Positions 51,192 to 61,900 of a DNA stretch of 64,000 nucleotides are shown here, one piece after another. The stretch spans positions 124,001 to 188,000 of the forward strand of contig JBEWZL010000073.1 of NCBI GenBank assembly GCA_045837725.1. The letters run 5' to 3'. Origin of the DNA: Vermamoeba vermiformis (Eukaryota). The notes under the pieces are model-generated. The model worked only from the letters and a program-made list of their open reading frames with translations, was not told where the DNA came from and did no database searches. Numbering within the stretch: the stretch's first letter is position 1; each line of letters begins with the position of its first letter. A program made the position numbers and the translations under genes.

Positions 51192-52833
51192 TTACTTCTT
51201 TTGATAGGAGGAAATTATGGATGCCAAATTTTCATTTAGAACTATTGGTAATTTCGGGAATGTTTCTTGAAGTTTGCGCCATGATCCTTCTTTGCAGATG
51301 ATTGTTTTTGGAGCAGTCAGTCTTCCTCTTGCATAAAAATTTGCAAATGACTCACAAGTATCCAGAAGGTCATTTTTAAGTAATTCATCCAGTTGACTAG
51401 AGTCTACGTTGCCATCAATTGTTTCCAGATAAACCAAGTGACAGACCTTTGCAGGATCATAAAATATTCCATAGTTGCCTAAGCTAGTACCCAGAATTGA
51501 AAGTGTCTTTACCAAAGACTCCCTGTAATTGGCAACTGGTATTTGTTCACCAAAAAAATTGACCATGTCAGAAACCCTTCCGAAAAATTCAAACACTGGC
51601 ATTTTGTTCTTGTAGAAGTCAACTATTTGGATGTAATCATCAGTTCGATACCGATAAAGCCCTGCATAGGTAGTAATTATCATCAAATATACTTTTCCAA
51701 GCTCTGCATCATATATTTGCTTAATAATCCCAGTATCCTTTTCTTGCAATTCAACAAAAATTTTTCTAGGAAGGAATACATATCGGGGGATGGGTTCTTC
51801 TAGAAAAATGTTCACTCCAATTATATCAGACTCCGTAGAACCAAACATTGGGCTCCAGATGAATACCCCAGGAGCAAGCTTCAGAAGATGAGCCTCCCAG
51901 TATTTTCCAGCCCTTGAGGTGCTGGCCATAATCATCTTTAAATTTGGCTGATATTGTGTCAATTAATTGATTCAATCATTATCATTATTACTTTCTTACC
52001 CAAATATGCTTGGCAAATCCATCCTGTTGAAGAGACTCTCTAATTTCATCTGCCCGTTTGGGATCAGGAACAGCCAAAAAATCTTTCAGAGGACCTTCAG
52101 GCAACTCCTCATTTATGCTTGCTGTTCCATTTTTAATGTCTTCAATAAGAGAGGATGCATTGTCCTTAATATATGTTATAAATGAAATTATGCTGGTGAT
52201 AAATGTTGAACCAATCATTTGCAAGTCAGACCTTCGCAGTACACATAGAGCGCTAAGATAGCTTAAGTGTTTTTGAAGCTTATCATTCATATAAAGATCA
52301 CGAGGAACTGCTAACTTCCATGAATCTGAAGGCGTCATGCAAATCTTGTACATTGTCATCTCCGTAGTGTACCATACTCGTGAAGGGTTAACAGGCTTGG
52401 ATTTAAAAAGAACATGAGTGCAACCCTCAAGTGAAAAATTAGTTTTTGAAGTTAGCTCTTGAAGAGACAAAGCCAAATTCTGAAACTTTGTAGAGTATTG
52501 AACATTTGGGAAAATTTTCCGTTGCCCTGTGGTTCCTCCAGTACAAATAAAATAATCAACCTTTTCTGGAACCATTATATTCTCCTCTCCAGAGAGCATT
52601 CTATCAACCAAAGGGCGGTATGTTTCCTCATATGCTGTTAGAGGAACTTGTTGATATTCTTCAATTGTGGTGATATGGTTTATTCCAAGCTGCTTTCCAA
52701 GAGTTGTCGATTTTCCATGTCTTAAAATATGAGACAGTGTTTGTTGAACAACCGCTTCAATATTTGCAATATCTTCATCATAAACGCTGCGAGTGCAACT
52801 AGCTGCTGCCCAAGAGTCAAAGGCAATTGACAT
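51192..52833 (-). CDS. GH3-family acyl-acid amido synthetase, one short intron near 51960-52000
   Basis: QQVPL..YE, TGGTTGQRKIFP (motif I), FGSTE (motif II), TT.AGLYRYRTDD (motif III), F.GR. Confidence 0.9.
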
Positions 52834-52956
52834 CGTTGTTTTTGTTTGTATAATTATAAGGTTTTTCTCTTATTATTACTGGAAAATATTTTATTATTAG
52901 TTGCTTCACTTAAAAAAGGCATGGCTAGTATTTAATTACCACAAAGTTGTGAAAAC

Positions 52957-53358
52957 ATGAGCCCCAGCCAAATTCTTGCATTACTAGCAATTTCTTTTTT
53001 TGATTTGCTTGGAGCAGTTGCACTACTACTAAATCCAACATATTTTTATGATTGTAATGAACCGAAAGCATTTGAACGTGCAACACGGAGGTTAGCCCTT
53101 CTTCTTATTGGTCAATGTATGTAATTAGTAAATTTTTCTGTTAGTTAAAATGACACTTTAGGCCTTATACCATTAATTGCTATTATGGCAGAAACTACGA
53201 TGTCCTTAATTTGGTTTTACTGCATTTATCACGTTGTTTTTTTGGCTGACAGCATATATGAGTACCTAAAGAAAGGAGGCTTTACCACCTTCAGAAGCAA
53301 TGCAATTTTTCATGGCATATCATCAGTGGTGATTGTAATCATATTTATTTTTACGTAA
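52957..53358 (+). CDS. Small (~118 aa) four-TM membrane protein, one intron; absent from the ORF track
   Basis: MSPSQILALLAISFFDLLGAVALLLNP...GQ, intron gtatgt...tttag, then CLIPLIAIM...YHVVFLAD...FHGISSVVIVIIFIFT*; splices in frame. Confidence 0.65.
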
Positions 53359-53805
53359 AATTGTTTTTCATAGCTCACATTTCATAAAATGAACAATAGG
53401 CAACTACCCCTAGGTTTTTTATGTAAGCTTCACGCTCTAGGGGTATTTCAGAACGAGGACTTCGAATTTGATGGTATTTTTAGGATAGGAAATTTTGCCT
53501 TAGGTTCTATGGATCCGGTCCCTATCCTAAATCTGCCCAAAAAATCGATTTTTTTTGCTGGAAGTACGGGATATTCTTAGATATATTATTTCCAACAACT
53601 TTTGTCTTAAAGATGTTTCACTCTTCAATAAATTTTTTTGGTGATCATGTTTTGAATGCAACCGGTAATAACTACTTGCATTTATTATAAAGGGCTACCC
53701 CCAACAATTGATTAATGGAAATCCAAATTGACTATTGACAGTCAAAATAAATGAAAAAATTTAAATTTTGCCCAAAACTTAACCTAACTGGCTGAGAAAA
53801 TCCCC

Positions 53806-55527
53806 ATGGCTTTTTTTGGTAATTTGTAATATTTTATCTAATGATTAGCAATCAGTATATTAAAAATTGGGTGCTTATTCCACAAGCCCTAAGGGCTAAA
53901 GATCCCTTGCCAGATGAATTGAAGTTTTTGGAAGAATGGAATGAGTTGCCAGGCTTGGGCAAGCCATCGAAGAATCTTTTTGAATTTGGAGATTTCCAAT
54001 ACTTAAGTAATTGACTCTCTGTTCAAATTAGTTTGATATTATAACATTTTATAGATCATGGTGCATTTGGAGTTGTTCCCCTGGATATTTTGAAGAAAAT
54101 GGAAAGACTTGAAAAAATTAGGGTTGGCCTCCATAACTTTAAAATGAAAATCTAATTTATCTTGTAGAATGCCAATCCTTTTAAATTTCAAAACTACTAT
54201 CTGCCATTGCTTCTTAGTTATGGCATTGCAGCATTGAGCTCGTTTGTGAAATCAGAGCCAGAATTAACTTTCTTTTGCGAGTCTGTTTGTAATGGTAAGA
54301 TACTTGAGCCTTACAGTATTAAACCAACATTTTAAGGCATTTATAACTGCTTGATGACCATTATGCAACAAAAAGCTAACCCAAGGGTGGCTTATGTCAA
54401 AGGATCTTATGGTAGGTAATCCATTTTTTTTTAATTTTTATTCTAATATCAAGTATATAAGTTGGGCTGGCATCAACTCTGGAGAGCTTAGCAGCAAAAA
54501 AAATGATTCAATTGACTCCCTTTGAATCTCAACAGCAAATTGACAGCAGCAAACTTTGTTCCTTTATTCAATGTAACAACATTGATGTACTTGTGCTTGA
54601 ACACATAACAAATACAACTGGAGTTCTTAATAACGTTAAAGATCTTGTTAATCAAGTCAAATCTCAGTAATTAATTCACTGTAGTCAGTAATTGTGTGCT
54701 AACAAATGTTTAAGGGGAGTAATAACCATTATTGACGGTGCTCACGCCCCTGGAAACATTGACCTTGACATTGCTGGCATCAATGCAGATTTTTATGTGG
54801 GATCATGTTATAAATGGCTGTTCAGCCTTCAAGTAAAGTAAAATCCAAGGCTACCTTATCTAACTTTGCTTAATAGGGCTGCTCGTTTGTTTGCATAAAC
54901 AAAGATTGGCAAAATAAGGTACTTGTATTTGGTTTTTAAATCTCTATCTGACCTTTATTTTTCAAGTTCTCTCCACCATTTGATACTTTCATGAAGATAA
55001 ACCAGCTCATTCCTTTTTACTGGAGAGGAGGAATAAATTATATGCCCTATATCTCTTGTATTTGTGGTATTAGCATGCTTAAACAGTATGGAATCCCTCA
55101 AGTTTGGCAGCATATTAAAGAAGTTAAGAACTCAATTGGTAAGTTATACCTCCTCTTATGAGATAATTATATATTTTAACGGTTTATTAAATGAAGAAAT
55201 CAATTTGACAAAGGAATGGGGAGCAGAAGTAATCAGTGCTAACGAGTTGTCATTTACTGTCCTTAAAGTAAACACTAACTTGAAAAAGGTAAGTTTGTCA
55301 AAATAAAAGTGTTTGATTAACTATTTGTCAAGAACTTAAACCTAGGAGTCTGCGCTCTTGAGATGACTGGCATTATTGCAGAAAAGCTGTCTTCTCAGAT
55401 TTCAATGACAATTCCTAGCTTTTCTGAGGTTTTAGTTCGAATCTCTCTGAGTATTTACAGTACTGCAGATGACGTAAGTCAGATCCAGGATTCCTTCCTG
55501 GAAATTGTAAAGCAATTTGAAAATTAG
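53806..55527 (+). CDS. PLP-dependent class V enzyme (Egt2 C-S lyase / L-cysteine desulfhydrase / isopenicillin N epimerase-like), about 10 introns
   Basis: YLNHGAFG..P, EHIT..TG, IIDGAHAPG...DI....ADFYVGSCYKWL, C-terminal VRISL.IY. Confidence 0.85.
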
Positions 55528-55682
55528 AAAGTTATAGCAGCAATAAAACTAGAACCATGTGCAAGTAAGATTTGATTGTTAGGGTTTATTGTCCTTATGA
55601 AATTTCAAATTTCATGAAACACAACTTGCAGACTATACGTACAAAATATTGCGCACTGGCACTGTGACGACTACAATTTATT

Positions 55683-56652
55683 TTACAAATCGACTGGAAT
55701 TGTTTTTGATGTGAAGTATGCTAATGTGAGGATGAGACCCTTTTCCAGTGGTATTTTTGGTGACCATTGCAGGAGTGATTTTGCTTTGTCAATATTTGGG
55801 CGTCTCATTTTTGGGTCATCGGGTCTAATGACTGGGTCTAAAAATGTGAAGGTTGACTTTGAATGGGTAAGGTCCACAATAATATTAGCTATTTGTAAAA
55901 TGGAGAGCTCCCCATCTGGGTTTCCCAGGTTCACCGGAGTGCTTTCATTTGATTGAGCAAGCAACCATAGCCCCTCTACAATATCACTTACATAGGTGAA
56001 GCTCCTTGTTTGGTTGCCGGTTCCGTAGATAGCAAGTGGTTTATCAGTGAGGGCTTGTTTTATAAATGCAGGGACAACTCTACCATCATCTATGTTCATT
56101 CTAGGCCCAAATGTATTAAATATACGGGCTATTCTTGTTTTAAGATCAAAAGTTCGATGGTATGCCATAGTAATGGCTTCAGCATATCTTTTACTTTCAT
56201 CATAACACGACCTTATGCCAATGGGATTGACATTTCCCCAATAATCTTCTGATTGAGGATGAAGGATCGGATCTCCATACACTTCTGAGGTTGAAGTAAG
56301 AACAAATATGGCGCTATTCTTTTTGGCAATCTCCAACATTGCTTGAGTGCCTTCCGACCCCACTTGCAATGTTTCAATGGGAAAAAGCATGTAATATTTT
56401 GGGCTTGCAAAACTAGCAAGATGAAAAACAAAGTCAAGCTTTCCTAAACTCTTCTATTACAGAGCTGCTAAGATTGCATACATCTGCTTTGATAAAAGTA
56501 AAGAGAGGATTGGTAAGCAAATGTGAAATATTATCTTCTGTTGAGCATGCCAGATTATCCAGAACTGTCACTTTATGCCCTAGGCCTAACAAGAATTCTG
56601 CCAAATGTGAACCAATGAAACCAGCACCTCCACTTATTAAGGAAACATGCAT
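55683..56652 (-). CDS. UXS1: UDP-glucuronate decarboxylase (UDP-xylose synthase) with a single frameshift near 56443-56447
   Basis: GGAGFIGSHL, FHLAS.ASP..Y, STSEVYGDP..HPQ.E.YWGNVNPIG.RSCYDESKR, RIFNTFGPRM..DDGRVV, DDP..R.P. Confidence 0.88.
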
Positions 56653-56750
56653 TCTATTCTTATGTTTTTAATTAAAAATGGATCCAGACAAAAACTTTTC
56701 CTATTTTCTCCCCAAAATTGCATTGGCCAGGGACAATTCTCAAATATATA

Positions 56751-57392
56751 ATGACTAGTACAATAAATTGGCTGGATGTCAAAGAATTACAAGTTCAGGA
56801 GGGAACTTGCTATGAAGAAATCAGGCGATTTTATTTCGAGTATCTGTCAAAACCACATCCTATGCTAGGAAGATCTGGAGCAGTATGCCCTTTTATGCCA
56901 TTATCATTAAAGTTTAACAAAGTGAAAACCCTGGTTTGGAAAAAGCAGGAATTTGATGAACAAGAGATTTTGGAGTTAATGCAAGAAGTATTGGATGAGC
57001 TTAAACGGTGCACGATTGACTGTGCAATGGTGGTTTTCTTTCCAAATATTGTTAATACTCAAGATATTGCTTTATTTCAAGAGAAGTACAAATCTCTGGC
57101 TGTCGGAAAAGGATTGATGATTGGGGAGTTTTTTGAATCAAATCCGTCCCCTGGTTTGCACAATAAACATTGGCAGCCTCTTCAGAGCAAAGTACCTTGC
57201 TTGGCCTTTCGGAAAATGGTCAAGGAAGATTTTGCATTCATGCTTAAACCATCTTATCGGTGGTCACAAAAAGTGGTTTACATTGCTTCTTACTTCCTTA
57301 CAATGCATTCAACTGCTATCAAAAGGGTAATAATATTCGCATGCACTCTTTATTTATTTTATTTTCTTGGTTGTTTGTTATCAGTTCAGTAA
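56751..57392 (+). CDS. DUF6875-like protein with C-terminal TM (paralogue 2)
   Basis: YLSKPHPMLGRSGAVCPFMPLS, GLMIGEFF...SPGLHN..W.PLQSKVPCLAFRKMVKED; collinear with 27590-28225. Confidence 0.7.
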   Translation: MTSTINWLDVKELQVQEGTCYEEIRRFYFEYLSKPHPMLGRSGAVCPFMPLSLKFNKVKTLVWKKQEFDEQEILELMQEVLDELKRCTIDCAMVVFFPNIVNTQDIALFQEKYKSLAVGKGLMIGEFFESNPSPGLHNKHWQPLQSKVPCLAFRKMVKEDFAFMLKPSYRWSQKVVYIASYFLTMHSTAIKRVIIFACTLYLFYFLGCLLSVQ

Positions 57393-57559
57393 ATCAAAAT
57401 GTGGAAAACAGCATTGCAATATTTTTCTTAGTCTCCATATGGGAGAGTCTTGTCCTCTCTGGTGAGATGAGTTTTTTAGTTATGCTGTTGCCAAACAAGG
57501 CTCGGTGAATGATATTTTCGACAAACTCTTTACAGGAATGGATGCCCACCCTCCTTTAC

Positions 57560-57834
57560 ATTATTGGCTAATATTTATTGTCGTTAAATGGGTTGACAAT
57601 CCTTTGGGAGCCAGATTGCCATTCATTTTGATTGGAGTGCTACGTGGTTTTCTTCCAGCACTCTAATTGTAAGGGGCTGGGATGTCAAACAAAGTAGTAT
57701 CTGCTATTTTTTTACTTTTGACTTCCATTCAACACTACTCAATTACTGGCGTCCATATCTATAATGGCATTAACGAAGCATTCCATTGTCAAGCACCATT
57801 AATTGTATGGCCACAAAACTACGAAAACTAATTA
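57560..57834 (+). pseudogene. Possible decayed UGT fragment
   Basis: Short frame NGINEAFHCQAPLIVWP resembles NGIMESLQYGKPSVVYP of the intact UGT; no long ORF. Confidence 0.3.
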
Positions 57835-58517
57835 ACATAGTGCTGTTCTATTCCTAGTAATAATAATTATTATTTTAATTCTTTTTTTTCCTCTCCTTGC
57901 TTTTTCCCTTTCTTCTTTTTTTCTCTTTCCGTATATATATATATAAAAAAAGGTTTTTTTTTTTGGAAAAAAATTTGGTTCATGAAAAAAAATGAAAGCA
58001 GTTTGTTTCATGAAAGAATAACCCAGTTTTGGTTTGAATGGGTAGATAAAAAATGCCTGAAATTACACTGCTATTGATGTAAAATAATTAATTACCCAAC
58101 ATCATAATTGTTAATTATAAATTAGCATAGCTGCTTAATATAATAAGTATGGTGCTTTTCTGCCGAGTCCCTGAAAACAAGTTGGAATTTAAGCGTTAAT
58201 TAATTATTCGTAGCATATTACTTGGATATTGCAGCAATAAATATTAACAAAAGATAGTTGTTGACTCTAAAATGAAGAAAAAATTAAGCTTATTTAATTG
58301 AAACCAACAACGACCAATCATGATCTGTTTAGATCCAAAAATTGCCTATTCTTTTTGCCGGGCAATTCAAAAAATTGCTAAGCCCTAAAAAATTACAAAA
58401 ATTTGGCATGGTTCACCCTGTAATTTAGTACAAGTTCAAACAAGACTATCACATCCAAAAAAATAATGGAAAAATAAACAAAAATTAACCACCCATCCAA
58501 ATAATAAGTCCGACACA

Positions 58518-58872
58518 GGATGTATTCATAGGGAGGAATTTGGCCGGGCCCTAACCCATCCAAGTGTCGAAGTCACGTTGAGGTGACTGACACGACCAAA
58601 ACCATGTGATTCATCAATAGAAAGGTTGCAGGCATCAAGGCGACACCCCTCCATAAAGGAGACCGTACAACAAAAGAGTGTCCGCTACGGCAAGTGACAA
58701 GTCACTTTCTAGCCATCCAACTCAGTGCCAGTGAGAGTGCTGTTCCGAACCAGCGGTGTTGCCGAGGCAACACGACCTCCAGACGATACTCTGACCCACA
58801 TCGTCGAGAATCAGCGCGTAACTTTCTCATTGTAGCGGCGCTAAGGCTTCACCCTTAGACGCCGGATGTATT
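58518..58872. ncRNA. Candidate structured RNA or short retroposed element, GC-rich, flanked by GGATGTATT direct repeats
   Basis: Many hairpins (58564-58593, 58756-58773, 58782-58805, 58837-58863) and a long-range helix CCGCTAC/GTAGCGG; no ORF. Confidence 0.5.
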
Positions 58873-58919
58873 ACAAACAGTATTTATTATACTACCTACA
58901 GCAAGTTTGTTAACAAATT

Positions 58920-61900
58920 CTATAGTTTAAGCTTACGACAAACAGGTTTGTGTGTGTTCTTACAAGTACTGCACAGAAAAATTGGTCTTTTTTTGTCGGA
59001 GCTGCATTTCCAACATACTGTGCTAATTTGCTTTCGTTTACGTGGGTTGCACGTTAGGCAAAAACCATTGACTCGTCTTTCAAAGACATCTTCGCTCTGA
59101 ACTCGCACATGAGAAGAGAGACTTTTTGATTTCAGATCTTTTGCGACAATTATTCTTCGGGTTCTGAGAGATCTGTGTCTAGTTAACAGAGATGCATTTT
59201 TCTTGTTGCGTGCAGACTGCTCTTGACTAAGTTCATCCTTTAAAATTTGCAAGAAATCTCGAAATTGATCTTCGTCATCGTTCTGAACTTTCTTATAGTA
59301 GCGATAGCACTGGTATGAATTCCAAGTGATTATATTTATAATATTTTCCCATACTACTTGTGTCCATTTTGTTAATCTGAATGGCCAATCAAACGTATGA
59401 ATTTGTCTTGCCGCCTCGTCGACAAATCCTTTGGTCTTTGTGTATTCTTGGACAATAAGTGTCTTTGTACTCTGCATTTACAACTAAATTAGTAACTTAA
59501 TGATGCAAGCATAAGAAGCTTACTGAAGTTGACGGTACTCCTTGACACAGATCTGTCGCGGATGATGACGCTGCAATGAAATTAGATAAACACTTTGATT
59601 AATATTGAACTAACCATCGACGTAATTGGAATAGAGATTCATAATTGCATTGTTATCGCGGAAAGAGTGAGCGATAATCGGACCAGCAGTGCCTTCTTTT
59701 TCAAACGTCAAGTGTTGCCCTGGTTCTTGTAGAGGATTTTGCAAAGTACCAAATATATATGAAGGAGCATTTTTCTTTGCCGACAACAAGAATTTAATGC
59801 CTTGTTCATCCAAAATAGTAGCCGTCTCTTCCGCACCCCATTTGCTATCTGTTATAATCACGTGGCCTGGCTTGTGATTGTTCAATTTCTCGGCTAGCTC
59901 TAACAGCTGATATTTAGGAGGCAGACATAGACCCAAGAATATATCGAAGTCCCAAATGTAGTAAGATTCATCGGCGGCCAAGTAGAGTAAGACACCGTTT
60001 GGATGTGGCTTGCTTGGAATGAATTGCTGAGTTACGTTAGTTAAAATGTATTATCTAACGATAACAAGTACTTACTCGGGCATAAAAGCGGCCCAAAAAC
60101 GGCAAGATGGTTTCATCAAAGGTAATTTTTTGAGATGGAGACCAATTATTTTGGCATCGTTGAGCTACTTCTTGAGTAACTTTGTCAATATCAAAGTGGA
60201 AATAATGCATAATCTGTTCGAATCGATCTCGGCCCATTTTTGACGATATCCATTCGTTGCCATACAAGGGATCTTTGATAGTCCAGTAATCTCTGAGGCG
60301 ACGACCTTTAACACAACGACTTGCGATACCAATGGCAATGAATATATCAAATTCTGGCAGCGTAAGTGGTTTCCAATTTGTTCTTTGCTTTTGAAAAGTA
60401 ACTTTGTCTTCTTCGGAAGGTTCAAACTCGGTACTAAAATATTCTTCCAAGCATGCTTTACGTTTGAAACCCAACTTGGTACCGTTAGCAATCCTAATTG
60501 TGATCAGAATGTTTGTTTTCTCGTTAGCTTATGTAATATTTACTTTGTATTTTTGTGTCGGCCAAAGTGAGGTGAGTGAAACGCATGCGTTCTTGCATAA
60601 CTTCAGAAAATGAAAGACTGGCATAACGGTTTATATCTTCGACCATCTGTAAACGGGTTTGCTCTGCGGTATTCATTAATTCTGAGAATATTCAACACTC
60701 GAATGAATGATATGTACCAGGCAAAAAGCGCGAAAAGATGCTAGCGTTGGTCATAGGCTGCTTATTGGTGGGCCCGCTAACCAACGTACAAAAGGAGGTA
60801 CGAACAAAACCTTTACTTGTTTTATCTCGTATTTGCCAACCTTGATTGGATAGTGCATGCGGAGATTGGAAGTACTTATTCATTATTAATAGTGCATTTG
60901 CCCGAATGTCCGACTCGCATATCCAATTTGTTTGCACCTTCTTATTTTTCCAATCGATGAGCCATTCCCATAGATCCTAGCCAAAATAAGACAAACATTC
61001 GATTATCTCGCATACGTACATTATGGAAGCGTACTTTGTAAATGCACTTGATTTGCTCAAGAGCTATTTTGCTTCCCGGTGCCACTTTATCCACCATAAG
61101 GAGATCGTCGGTTACAGCCTTAACAACAATATGCGAGTCTGGCAGCTGCCACTCCTTATCTATCGAAGGTGTCTGAAGCTTTGGTTGGCCTTTTTCCAAT
61201 TGCTTGGGTTCTTAACGGTGCATTAGAATTAAATTAGCCGCGTTGCACTTACTTTTTTTAGGAGGAGCAATTAAGTTGTCTTCTGTTTCCAACAGGTTGC
61301 ATGCGACACTGATTTTACGTTTCCTTGTTTGCATCGTACAGGAAGCAGGAACGGCAGTCTTCAACGGAAATTGAATGCCGACTTCGGCTTGTTTAATGTA
61401 AACCACTGCACTGGCAGAGCAAACACCACCACTTAACTGCGAAAGAATAGCAACACGCTCCTAATTGACATTTAGTCCAAGATCGCTTGTTGGAAAAAAC
61501 ATACCCGTGTAACTTTAGCATCATTATAATTGTTCCAATGTAAAGCACAGCGTTCGTTGACAACAACTCCATAATGTCCATTATTGTGAGTTTTTCCATC
61601 GTGCCAAATTACACCATAAAGTAGGTACAAAGTTCCTTCAAAGTGAACGGATGTTTCGATTGTCAAACGTCGAACTTGCTTGTGTTCATCGAGCTCGGAG
61701 AAACGATTGATTCGAATCAATAACAGTTTTGGGTGGTTCAACACCTGTTTGCGTAATTGGCAATCCTTTTTATCATTAGATCGAGTACTTCGTTAACAAA
61801 CATTGATAATAATTACCTTTGCTTGATATTCTACCACTTCCAGAGCAAAAAAATCGTCAATTCCTTGTTGAACACTCTGAATGGATGGCTTAAAGTAGAT

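Noticed and set aside
24831-57392. Bacterial contaminant or endosymbiont contig
   Set aside because: About half the genes have in-frame GT-AG introns and are interleaved with the intronless ones; there is no operon-like co-orientation.
57860-57975. Poly-pyrimidine, (TA)n and A/T tracts with self-complementarity
   Set aside because: Low-complexity sequence. It marks the island's right edge, but the symmetry is expected from homopolymers.
58080-58500. piggyBac terminal inverted repeat (e.g. TTAACCACCC at ~58485)
   Set aside because: No partner repeat is identifiable in the window, and TTAA is frequent in this AT-rich DNA.
58518-58872. tRNA, SRP RNA, RNase P/MRP or hammerhead/HDV ribozyme identity
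   Set aside because: I could not find the diagnostic motifs (T-loop GTTCRA in a cloverleaf, SRP helix 8, paired CR-I/CR-V, CUGANGA-GAAA core) on either strand.
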